Assembly: GCF_009834535.1 (NCBI RefSeq)
Contig: NC_045698.1
Coordinates: forward strand, 622,001 to 686,000
From: Camelus ferus
Lineage: Eukaryota
Direction of reading: 5' to 3'
Length of the DNA: 64,000 nt
Under the pieces are notes generated by a model, which saw nothing but the letters and a program-made list of their open reading frames with translations, ran no database searches and had not been told where the DNA came from. Positions 34,101 to 45,563 of the stretch are shown one piece after another (within the stretch, counting starts at the first letter, position 1; the number at the start of each line of letters is the position of its first letter). The position numbers and the translations under genes were made by a program.

Positions 34101-34342
34101 GAGATGTCCGGAGGGTCGAAGGCGGTCTTGATGACGCCGGCGTAGATGGCAAGGATGGACAGCACGACGCAGGCCAGGAACACCAGGGCCAGCTTGTTGA
34201 CGTACTTGACGCCCACGAAGACCACCATGGCCATGAGGGCCAGCGTGCAGGTCCCGTAGACACGCATGTTGTGCAGCATGGCTGCCGCCTCACCATCCGC
34301 CGCCTCGGCCTGGATGATGGCTGCGCTGGGGGAGATGTAGGT
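34101..34342 (-). CDS. SLC12A7: SLC12A7 exon 7 (242 nt; TYISP...NMRVYGT...FDPPDI)
   Basis: ccccgcag| and |gtgagt. Confidence 0.96.
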
Positions 34343-35106
34343 CTGCGGGGACAGAGCGAGGTCCACAAGGGCCAGGAGGGACACGCGAGGGACAGGCTGG
34401 ATGCACTCCAGCACCTCCAAAGGGCCTTCTCTGGTGGGGCTCAGCGCTGGGCTCCCCCCTCCCTGAGAGCCCCCACCCCACCAGAATGCATCTAGGACAG
34501 GATCTCAAAAAACAGGGGCATTGGATGGCGGGGGATGGAGCACTTTTCCAAGGTGAAACTCGGGCGCCCCCCAGGGAAGCAGAACACAAGGACATCCCGC
34601 TGCCCCAACTGAAAGTAAAGGCAGTGTTTTTCTGCCAACAGGGATGTGATTCCAGCCTGGAGAGCCAGCGCAGCCCTCTGAGAGCCACGCGGGCCCGAGG
34701 GAAGGGTGACAGACCAGGAGCAGTCACCCCATCGCCCGCCATCAGGAACCTGGAGGGGGTGGGGGCAGCACCAGTGTCTCCAGCCTCCACAGCCATGGCG
34801 ACAGAGCAGGAGGAAAATTGGGGCAGGGTGGCAAGGGCCGGCAGGCTTCCCAGAGACCGTGACATCGGAGGAGCCTGGCAAACCGGGGGCTCTTCTGCCT
34901 TGAACCCACTTATAAGGAGCGCTGGCCTCGGGGCTGGCGGGCTGGGGCGTCCCTTGGCCGCACCCGAGCTCACAGCCTGCAGGCCTCGGGGCTCCCACTC
35001 TCCAGTCGGCCACACACCACCCACCACCCGTGCCTGGCAAGCCTGCCGGCTCGGGAGGCTCCAGCCTCACCTGCCGAGCACTCTGGGCGGCCGTGCCTGG
35101 CCGTCA

Positions 35107-35460
<354 letters not shown>

Positions 35461-37067
35461 TCACAGACGCGCCACGGGCCGCGAACGCAGCGGGGGCCGG
35501 GCCGAGAGGGTGGCCGGCCGGGGACACGCCTGGCCCACAGCCCAGCACCTTCCACACCAGCCGCCGGGTCTGGAAGCTGTGACTGATGAGAATACGAGCA
35601 GCCACGGCAGGAGGCCCGCCCCCGAGCGCCGCGCCCCAGCCTGCAGCTGACCCACACCGGACACCATGATTCCGTTAACTTTTGCCCAAAAGGGTTTCAA
35701 AACAACGAGGGCTGCTGGAGCATCACTTCTGCATCACACCTGAGAGCATGCCGACACCCAGGGCCTCGCGGGCCAGGCCTGGTCACCCTGTCGGTCAGCT
35801 AAGACCCGACTCAGACCCCCACCAGGGGCCACGCGTGACCCCAACACCTGGAGAACGTCTCGGGATGCACTCCCTTCTGAAAAGCAAGCTTGACCCATCT
35901 CCCCAAGGGCGAGGGTTGCACCCCCTCCTCCAGTGGGAGCGTGGGCGCTGCCTCCCAGCCAGGCCTCAGGCTACGAAGGTGCTCCCCCGAGACGTGTCAG
36001 CCACAGCGACACAAAACTCGTCCCCTCACCAGGGGTGGACCCACCAGGGAGGCCCCTCCAGCACTCCTGTGGGCAGAGAGGACAGACACCCCCGTCCCCA
36101 CTCTGCTGCCCGCTGAGAAGTCCTGGGGGCCGCCCTCCGAGGACTCGGGGCGCAGACCCCACTGGGCCTCAACCAAACACACACAAACTGAGTGACTTGC
36201 AGAGGCGGCCTCCTCTCGGGTCCTCGAGTCCAGGGAGGCTCCTCATTGCCCCTCTGCTCACAGAGCAAGCAGGCCTCAGGCCCTACTGCACACCCTATCC
36301 TCCGCCCGAGGCCACCCACCCACAGGCGCTGCCCACAGCGATGGGGACGCTCCCCTCACTGCAGGGGAGTGACAGCGAGCAGCCAGGGTTCCAGGCTCGA
36401 GCGCCCGGGGGGCCGCAGGGAGCTGACCGACGGCCCCCGGAGCCCTGCTGCCTCGCCCGCTTGGCCCACCCCCGCCCCATTCTGGTCAGCCACTGCCCGA
36501 GCAGAGACCATGTCCTGTGACGCTTTGGTCCTGGAAACGCCTCGGCTTAAAAAAGGAACAAGCTTGTGGGAAATCAGAATTCAGAACTGAAGGGCAGCAG
36601 GGCTGGTGAAGGGCCGGCAGCCCCACCTGGCCCAGGGGCAGCCGTGTGACCTGGAGGAGAGGGAGCTCAGAGGCCTCCCTGCAGGGTCCCCCTCTGGGGA
36701 GAACCCCAGCCTCACAGCCACCCCAAGGGCGCAGCCAGGCTCTGGGGGACAAGGGGCAGGGTAGCACCCCGTCTGCTCTTAGAAAAGCCCGCAGCACCCT
36801 TGCTCCAGTGGGGCCGGAGCTATGAGCACTGCTGCCTGCAGGCAGGGTCCCGGCTGAGGGGCCGAAGTGTGAGGATGTGTCCCCACCCGCCAGCCCCTCC
36901 AGATGCGAGGCCTGTCCTGCCAGGCAGGCGATGGCGTGTCCACACCGGGACCCCCTTCTGCCTCATCTGCGGCTGCTGGGGTCGGAGGGGGCGAAGGTCG
37001 GAAGGAGACCGTGTGCGCAACGCGGTCACAGAAGGGCCTGCTCAGCCACCCACAGCCGCCCCAGTAC

Positions 37068-37122
37068 CTGGGACCACGCCGTTGGTCGCGATGGCACTCA
37101 TGGAGATGGCCGTCAGCATCGT
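37068..37122 (-). CDS. SLC12A7: SLC12A7 exon 5 (55 nt; TMLTAISMSAIATNGVVP)
   Basis: tcttgcag| and G|gtactg. Confidence 0.95.
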
Positions 37123-38370
37123 CTGCAAGAGGATGGGTGCCCTTCAGAAAACACAGCGTCTGAAGAGTCACCCGCACGAGGACAGCTCCGGCTGGGGCGG
37201 TGCCCACCTGCAGGCTGGCTGCCAACTCCCAGCTCCTGACCTCAGCTCCCCCGGGCGCCAGAACCTCAGCCCCACTCTCTCCCCCTCGACCCCCGAAGCT
37301 AAGCTCCCGAGGGCAGCTCAGAAAACAACTGACCCCGGACCCTGTCCCACAGTGGAGGGCTGGCTTCTCGTGGCGCTGACCTCCCTGTGGGGTGTGCAGG
37401 ACCCCGCCCAGTACTCACCTGCCCAGGGGGTCCCTGGGAACCCCCTCTAGGTGCCCACCCCCCATGGGGTTGGAGGACCACCGGACCCTGCCCAAGGCGG
37501 GCTACCTCCGGCTTGCAGCACCTGCTCAGGGAAGGGGCCACACCTGTAGCTTGGGGAACGATCACTTCACAACCCGAGGACCAGAAGAACAGCCCTGGGA
37601 AAGCGTGAGGCCTCAGTGACCCCCTGACCCGTGCCTGCCTGGGCACGTTTCCAGCCTCACGAGGCCCTGCCCCGTATCCTGCTTTCTGTCTGTTTTGGGG
37701 GCAGTTGCCCCGAAGATACTTCCAGGCTCATTAAGTGTAAGAGGCACTCAGGACAGGAAGGACAAGGCGTGACCTCTGGGCAGACAGCCCAGGACCGTGG
37801 GCACGGAGGGCCCCGGGCGGGGGGCGCAGTGGGGACGCAGCAGGGGACGGGCGGGCGGCCGAGCGACCCCACTGCATCGCTTGAGTCTTTCAGACACTGC
37901 ATCTCCGGGCAGCACTTGGGCTGAATTGCCCTCCTGGTCACAAATGAAGGGGTAGAGGGGAGCAAGGCAGGTGGAGCTGAGTGCTGAGGGCACGTGAAGG
38001 CTAAGCCAGGCCCGACAAACTGTGGGAAGAAGACACGTGCTCCACGGAGACGCACCTAGGACTGAGCGTGCCGCCAGCGAGCGCCCCTTCCTCTCCACGG
38101 GAGGCCCCGAGAACAGCCACCTGGAGGGGGACCCCGTCTACTCGCAGGACGAGTGGCTGTGAGTTGTGCCTGGGGGGGACGCACACCCTGCGCTCCTGCA
38201 GATGCAGCCCCAGACACCCCCTCAGGCTCCTCACGGGCCTGGTCCCGCCCGCCCGGGAGGCCATCGTCCTGTGCTCACACAGCCCTGGGAGGGACTGCTC
38301 GTGGGGACAGTCTACTGGCCCAGCGCAGGGGCCCCTGGAGTGCCCCAGCGAGGGTGCCAGGCTCACTCAC

Positions 38371-38517
38371 GCAGGTGCAGCACATGGACACGATGAGGAG
38401 GGACTCCAGGACGCCGGCCGCCCCCACGATCCAGGTCAGGCGCAGGAAGAGGATCACCCCAAGGATGTTCTGCAGGCAGGGCAGGTAGACACCAATGAAG
38501 GTGCCCATGCGGGGACC
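38371..38517 (-). CDS. SLC12A7: SLC12A7 exon 4 (147 nt; [27 protein letters not shown]...CCTC)
   Basis: ctcttccag| and |gtgagt. Confidence 0.97.
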
Positions 38518-41270
38518 CTGGAAGAGAGCACAGCGGGTGGGTTCCGGGGGCCGCCAGCCCCTCCCCTGTCTCCCCCAGGAGCCGAGTCCACAGCGTGGGC
38601 CCTGGGGGCCGCGACGAGGTCGGGGGATGGGAGGGCGAGGAAGGAGACCAGCAAAGCGCACAAGCTTCAGTTACAGGGAAAATGGGAGAAGCAAGAGCGA
38701 GAACCCTGGCTGCCCAAGAGTGGGAACCACGCCAGCGGGCAGACGGGGGTGCAGGGCTTGGCGCCTCCTCTGTGGGAAGGTGGGCGTGTTGGGGTGAATG
38801 GGGAACAAGCTGCCCCAGGCTCTGTTCACTGCACCCGCAGCCCAGATAGAGCCTCCGGAAACCAGACATGAGGGAAACGAGACAGAGAGGAATCCTTAGG
38901 GTCCAGCCATCGTTCCCAAAACATCAGGAAGTACAGAAACACCAAGTCCAGACAGAAGTCTACAGCATCTTGCCCACTTGGTGGGAGCGACCAAGGGACC
39001 CGGAGCTCAGAGAAGGCGCACTCCGGAGTCACCCCTCCCCAAAGGGCCGCCCAACGCGGGGTGACGTCGGGGAGGGCGCCTGACTCAAACATCTTCCGCA
39101 ACCTGGAAAGGCCACAGCCAAGCAAACCAGCCCAGAGGAAAGCTCGGGGACAAGGCCAGGGGCCTGCCCGGCCTGCCCAGCGCCAGCATGACACCGCAGC
39201 TGGGCAGCACACCCGTGCCCAGCAGGTGATAAAAGCTGCTGTGGGTCTGCAGCCTGCACGCGGGGCGGGCGTGCACGGTCTTGGGGGCTTTTATCCGCAC
39301 AACAGGCGGCAGCAGCGCCAGCTCTGCTTCATGGTCTCGGGGAGCGCGAGACACCGGATGCAACCCCTCCTGTCTGAGTGGCAGCAGGGCCCCCGCCCGG
39401 CCTCAGGCCCAGCTCGTGCAGGGCTGTTCTCTGTCCAGTGGCTGAGATGACCTTGAGTTGTCCTGAAAGGCCGGATGGGGCCTCCAACCCTCTCATAAAA
39501 GGCAGCTTTGAGGGTCAATCTGACCCGGTCACAAGGCCCATGATGCCAGGGCCACCCGGGCCCTGGAGAAGGTGCCTCTGGGGGGACCAGCACCTCACCT
39601 CTGTGCCAGCTGGTCAGACAGACATGCAGGGGGCTTCCGCCCTCTCACCCCAGGGGACCGACACTCAGTCCTAAGTGGGGCTCCGGTTCATCCCCACCAA
39701 ACCCACCCAGCTGGCCACACAGCAGTTGTGCTGAGGGTTATGGGCAGCAGCTGGGTCCCTCCTGGGGCAGAAGCCCAGCTGTGGCACCTGGTCCCAGGTC
39801 CCCGGGGACGGAGGCCGGGCAGCTGCCTGCCCCAGGGCAGGTACTTTAGGCCCTGCCCTGCCCATGCTGTGTGCTGTGTGCGGATTCCACAGCCTGGACA
39901 GGGCTCACAGCACAACTTACAGCAGCAGTGTGGGCTGCATTTCCATCTGTGCGTGAGGAAGGCTATGGGGAGACCCGGCAGTGGGCTGGGGCCACGGGCA
40001 GAGGCCGGGGGTCGGTCCTGGGAGCTTTTCCCCAGAGCAGGGCAGGGCTCCCCTGGGACACGATCTCTGACAGACAGACAGAGGGACAGACATGCAGCAC
40101 AGGGACGGCCTGTGGCTCCCATGGTCCAGAGCCAGAGCAAGAGCCTGAAACCCCAGAAATGTGCCCGGAAGCAGTTCACCCACAACCACGGCAGTGGTCA
40201 CCTCCCAGCGTGGCAGCGTCCCCCACTCCCGGGAAGGCCCAGGGAGGTCCTGGTGGGGGTCCACTGAAGTGGCCTCCGCCCCTCTGCCTGGGGAGGGCAG
40301 CCAGCGCGAGGCTGGACAGGAGCGCGCTCCAGGCTGCCCAGTGGAGGCTGAGACCCCACATCCCGCCTCTGTTACGTCCTCCCGAACAACAGGTTCTTCC
40401 CTCGCACAGGCGCCCTCAGGTGCACAGGACGCAGCCTGCAGCCTGCTGGTTTACAGGAGGAGGAAAGAGAGGGGGTGCTTGCCCGTGGCCCGACTTCTGA
40501 CGGCCGCGGGGGGCCGGGGTCAGTCTGGACCAGGCACGAAGGAGGCCCTCGGGGAGCCAGGCACCTCGGCCCAGGGATGGACGGACCAGCAGGGCAGGGA
40601 GGTGGCCAGGGTCGCCCGCCAGCTTTGTCTCAGCATCCGAGCTGGGGGCCACCCCTCAAGGCAAGCCGGGGCTCAGGCCACACCTGCCCTCCTCCTGCTC
40701 CCTCTGAGAACAGGACCTGCAGCCTGCTCTCCAGCTGAGAGCTGGGGAAAACAGAAGGAAATGTTACTGCTGAGGACTGGGACAGCCGAGCCGCCTGCAG
40801 CAGAGTCGAAGAGGGTAAAAACCGCTGTGAGAGGCCAGGTTTTTGGTCAAGATTCCAGAGAGGAAGGGACGAGCATAACTCTTCCGGAAATTGGCCTGAG
40901 GTGTTTTTCCTGAGCACCCTCCCGAGTTACCGCAGGCAGGGCGGGTGTCCGGCCCCGGCCGCCCCAGCCCCACGGCCCCTCTCCTGAGCAGCTCCATGCT
41001 TCCAGGTGCGGCTCCTACAAAGCCTCCCCAGCAGCATCCTCGCTCAGAGCCCTCAGGGCTGCGTGGCTTCACCTGGCACAGATTCCCAGAAATAACCAGT
41101 AGGAAATAAAGCTCCGATGAAGATGGGTGCAGGGTAAGTCCCACGATGGGAGACAAAGTGGGGGGGGGGCCCAGGAGTCCCGGGGGGCCCAGGAGTCCCG
41201 GGGGGAGGGGGGCCCAGGGCGGTGCGGGCCAGGAGTCCCAGGGCGGCGGCGGGGCGGTGGGGGGCCCCAC

Positions 41271-41393
41271 CTTGGCCTCGCGCCGCCGGCTGTCCTCGGC
41301 CTCCTCGTGCTCCACGACGCCCTGGCTCAGGTTGGTGTAGTTGGCCAGCTTGTTGAGCAGTGAGGACACCATGGGGTTGCTGTCCATTTCCTC
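41271..41393 (-). CDS. SLC12A7: SLC12A7 exon 3 (123 nt; [22 protein letters not shown]...REAK)
   Basis: caaacag| and |gtgggg. Confidence 0.95.
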
Positions 41394-41799
41394 CTGTTTG
41401 GGGCCAAGACGTGGAGCTAGACACTCACCCCCAGCCAAGACGCCCCCAGACCAATGGGATTGACCACCCAGTGGGGACCCTGCCGACTCCGGGGCTGTCT
41501 GGGGCCTCAGCTCCACCTGCCCTGAAGCCAACAGACCTGAAAGGGGTCTGAGGCCCCAGACACGCGCTCGGCAGGTCAGAGTCAGGGGCTCGAGGACACG
41601 CTGAGTGGGGCCACCAGCCGAGAGGGAGGCCGGGGGTCCCCAGACGGCCCAGATTCAGCTTCTCTGAGGGGCTCCCTAAGGCCTCTGTATGACCCGCGTT
41701 TCTCCATGATACTGGGGGCCTCGAGACCACGGCCTCTTTTCTTGAACTAACCACAGCTACTCTCGCACCTCCTGCTCCGAAGGGGAAAGTGCGAGTTAC

Positions 41800-41894
41800 C
41801 TCAAACAGCGCCATGTTCTTTCGCTCAAAGAGACTCTCCCTGTCCACCTCGACGCCGTGAATGAACGGGCTGTTCTCCCTGGGGGTTCCATCTC
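41800..41894 (-). CDS. SLC12A7: SLC12A7 exon 2 (95 nt; GDGTPRENSPFI...NMALFE)
   Basis: ccctgcag| and |gtaact. Confidence 0.95.
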
Positions 41895-44800
41895 CTGCAG
41901 GGAGAGATCGGTCAGTTTCGGAAGGGACTGAAGGAGGCCCCGAGGGGCCCTGGGGAGGGGCTTCCTTGCATGCCTCTGACTCTCGGGGCAGGAGGCCCGG
42001 GCAGGAGACAGTCAAGGACAGCGCTCCTCCCACCAGGGCTTCAAGCCCCACCCACACCCTTTCAAGTCCGCAGACCCCAGATTTGCTGAAATTCCCAGGA
42101 TAAACGTCCCAGGACCAGCAGCTCCCGAGAGCCTGGCCGTGACCGTCCACGGTGGACGGGGCGGCACAAGGTTTGATGTCTGTTTCGACAGCAGCTGTGG
42201 GTTTCCAACTCCTCTGATCCCGTCGGTTTTGGTGGCCTCACCGGTGATTCCCCCACGGGGCTGTCACGGAGCCCAAGTGGCAGGTGGCCCAGGGCTGCCC
42301 TGCTGTCTTCATGGCTGTTTCTATCCAGAGGGCCTGACCCTCCAGCCCCAGGCTCGAGTGTATCAAGGCCTCACCGTGGCCAGACCACAGAGGAACAAGG
42401 GTCAGCCCCAACTCAGTCTACAACGCTCCCAGACCCTCAAACACTGGCCCGACCGCATGCTCCAAATTTAAAGTTTAGAGAAAAACCAAAACGGCATGGC
42501 TCTGATCCCCAGCCCTGCCCATCCCACTGCAACGGGGCAACACCATCCCAGAAGCCACCCAGCAGGGACAGGCCGGACTCAGAGAGCAGTGGGGCTGGGA
42601 CTGCCTGCACCCCTGTCTGACCCTCCAAGTAAGCACCACCCATGGGCCTGGGGGCCCCACAAGGCCTTCTGCTTGCAGCCTAACCCCACATCAGAAGGAC
42701 CAAGGGAGGACGCCAGGGAAAGGTGTCCAAAACCGGCTTCTCTCAGGCCCCTGGGGCTCCGAGCCAACCTGAGCATCAGGCCCCCAGGGTCTCCGGGCCG
42801 ACCTGAGCATGAGCTTAGCAGGGAATCACCGGCCCACACAGGTCCGGCCGGGGGTGACTGGCCATGGCCTGACCTCCTGACAGACTCCCCAAAGAGACGG
42901 GCAGGGCACTGAAGTGTGACGCTCAGGGAGGTGACGCCCGCAGTCCGTCCTCATGGAAGCTCTAGGTTATGTCCTCGGCCTCTCACAGGGAGACAACGCC
43001 AGGGGCCTTGGGGGTCCAAGGCCATGGCCCTTCACCCCCTCTCAGCCGACCAGTGCCCCGAAATCCCACAGACCCCGCTCAGCCCCACACCCACCCACCA
43101 AGTCCTCCCGGACCCTCCCCAGAAGGTTTCCCAGGGCTCCACCCGTGGGGCCACATGACAGCAGACCCCTGCCCACTGCTGAACCCCGGGTGCCTCCTCA
43201 CTGCCGGGCCCCAGCTACCAATGTGGGAGCAGCACGGGCAGAAGCCCTGCTGGACCCCGAGCTGCAGTGATGGTTTGGGGCAGAAACTGCCTGCAGACTC
43301 AGGGAACCCGGTGGGAGGTGGAGGGAACAGGGCAGGGACTGCACCCAAGGCCCACAGGGAACCGACTCAGTACAACAGGGGTGGCAGGGGGTGCAGGGCA
43401 GTGCCAGGAGGAGAGACCCACTCACCCACGCTGGGGCCAGGTAAACACGCGGTCACAGCTGACCGATACCCGGAGACACAGTGTCCCCGAGCCCCATCAC
43501 AGGGAAGCCCCAAGCAGACCCACGGGAAGGACAACCTTCAGCACCGGCCCTCCTGGGGCAGCCAAGAGAGAACCAGGCCGGCTCCAGAAAGTTCCGGAGG
43601 AAGGAGGGCACAGAGATGGGACGGCAGGAAGCAGCGCGAGGACCAGCTCCTCAGGTGAAGGGCATCACTGGGCTGAGGGTGGGAACCGTGTCAGACCTTC
43701 AATCAGGGCAGGCTTCCCACCTTGGTGACTGCACCGCAGGGATTGTGTGTTTTAGTAAACACGCCCAGAGAGGGCGTCAGACCAGCGCTGTATCCTCAGC
43801 GGTTAGGGAAGGTTAGGAAGGGTGTGAGACGGGGCAGCAAAGGAGACGCAAGCACGCGGCCACACCAATACGCGGGCCCAGGACACGATTCCCTGCTCCT
43901 CCTGGAAGTTTTCTGGAGCCTAAACTAGGTCCAAACAAAGCTTGAAAATACAAATACATTCAAATAAGAAAGAAATAATTTCTAAAAGTCCTCTCCCCAC
44001 ACCACCTCGGCCCCTGGCCGGGCCTCCTTCCTGTTCTGCTCAGCATCCTTCCCCGGTAAGAACGACTTTATTTTCTGGTAAGAACCATCCTTTTCCTGGG
44101 ACAAGAAATCAGCGGCTCCAACCAGTAAACGGAAGATGAAGAAAGCTCTCTCCAGAACAGACTCGAGGACAAGCAGGCCGGGGCACGGCCGCCCCCCGGG
44201 GTGGGGGCGGGGAGAGGGCAGACCCAGTTTTGGGTTCGCCCTCTGCCACGACCTTGGACAAACTCTTGGCTCCTCGTCTCCTGCTTCTGGTCCGGGGAGG
44301 GGCGGCAGAGCGGGCAGGGCCTCCTCGCAGCGCAGCTGTGGGCAGCACAGCCTGGGCCTGGGGGGATCTCCAAGGTTCACCTGAGCACCCGCCAGACTCA
44401 GGGAGGGCACCTGCAGTGACGTTAAAGCCATAGAAGCAACATCTTTCCCGGAGCATCTGATGCTCCCGGAGCCGCCGGCTGGGAAGGCCAGTCACGACCT
44501 TGTAAAAGGAGAGCTGAGACAGCCCGCCCGCCTTCCCGCCGTGACTGAGAGCACCCAGAAGGGAGGACTCGAAAGGAATGGAACAGGTGAGAAGGGCACC
44601 GTGAATGCTCCCCGGGACCCGGAACGACCGGTTCGCGTCAGTGCACGTCAGCAACTTATCACACACAGGAGACCCGAGGACCGAGACAAGGAACGGAGAG
44701 GTGAGGCCCCACGAGACCAGGACGGCCACGACCCAGCGTGGACAGTGGCCGGTCGCGTGTGCGCAGGAAGCCCAGCACCCGACTGTGAACCTCAGCTTTG

Positions 44801-45526
44801 CCATTCTGCTGCTGATTTATGGCCAGAGTAACACGTACGCTGCGCACAGAAAGTGGGGGGGAAATTCTCACAAAATAAACAGGTAACAGCACACGCCCTC
44901 AGCATCGGGGGCGATCCCTCCCGCTGGGGGCCGCACCAGCCACACCGCAGCCCTGCTGCCAGGGTGGCCGTCTTCATCACCAACCCTTACAGGGAACACA
45001 CTTCATTTCTCAAGGACCACTTCTCCAGCCAGTCAGCCCCCAAGGACGCTCTCACAAGCGGAAAGGAAACCCGTCTGGGAGAGGGTTTCCAGGCAGAGGC
45101 CACAGGCACAGGGCAGCAGCCCCGGGCGGCAGCCGACTCCTCGGTTCTGCCGGAGGAAGACTTGGCTAAAAACCAAACACTTCTACCTGAGGGCCTCACC
45201 TGCACTTTCGTAAAAACGGAAACACCGGTGACCCGTTACCTGGGTGAGTCTCAGCGTCTCCTCATTGCCTTCACCACTGGAGGACACGCAACTTGCAGCT
45301 GTCACTTTTCAGGGGAGGACAGGTTACAATGAAAATCTGCACAAAGGAAACCACAGTCCCCAAATCCCCAGGGCCTGATCCTTTCACATACGCAGGGGGC
45401 TCTGAAGGCCCCACCCCTCTGTGGACTCTGACAGCACCAGGCACGACCCTGCCGGGTCTGGTCGCTGCTCCAAAGGGCAGGGGTCCTCCTCTGCCAAGAC
45501 TCTGTTTTGGGGAAGGGGTCACTCAC

Positions 45527-45563
45527 CTGGGCCTGTGCCCCCTTCATCACTCCGCTCGTTCAT
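45527..45563 (-). CDS. Candidate alternative first coding exon of SLC12A7 (MNERSDEGGTGP|G)
   Basis: ATG at 45563, 37 nt to a consensus CAG|GTGAGT donor, phase 1 and in frame with exon 2; no transcript evidence. Confidence 0.35.

Noticed and set aside
37419..37543. Possible 125-nt poison exon in intron 4 (ctacag| ... CAG|GTGAGT)
   Set aside because: Consensus donor but weak acceptor and no homology; such pairs occur by chance in long introns
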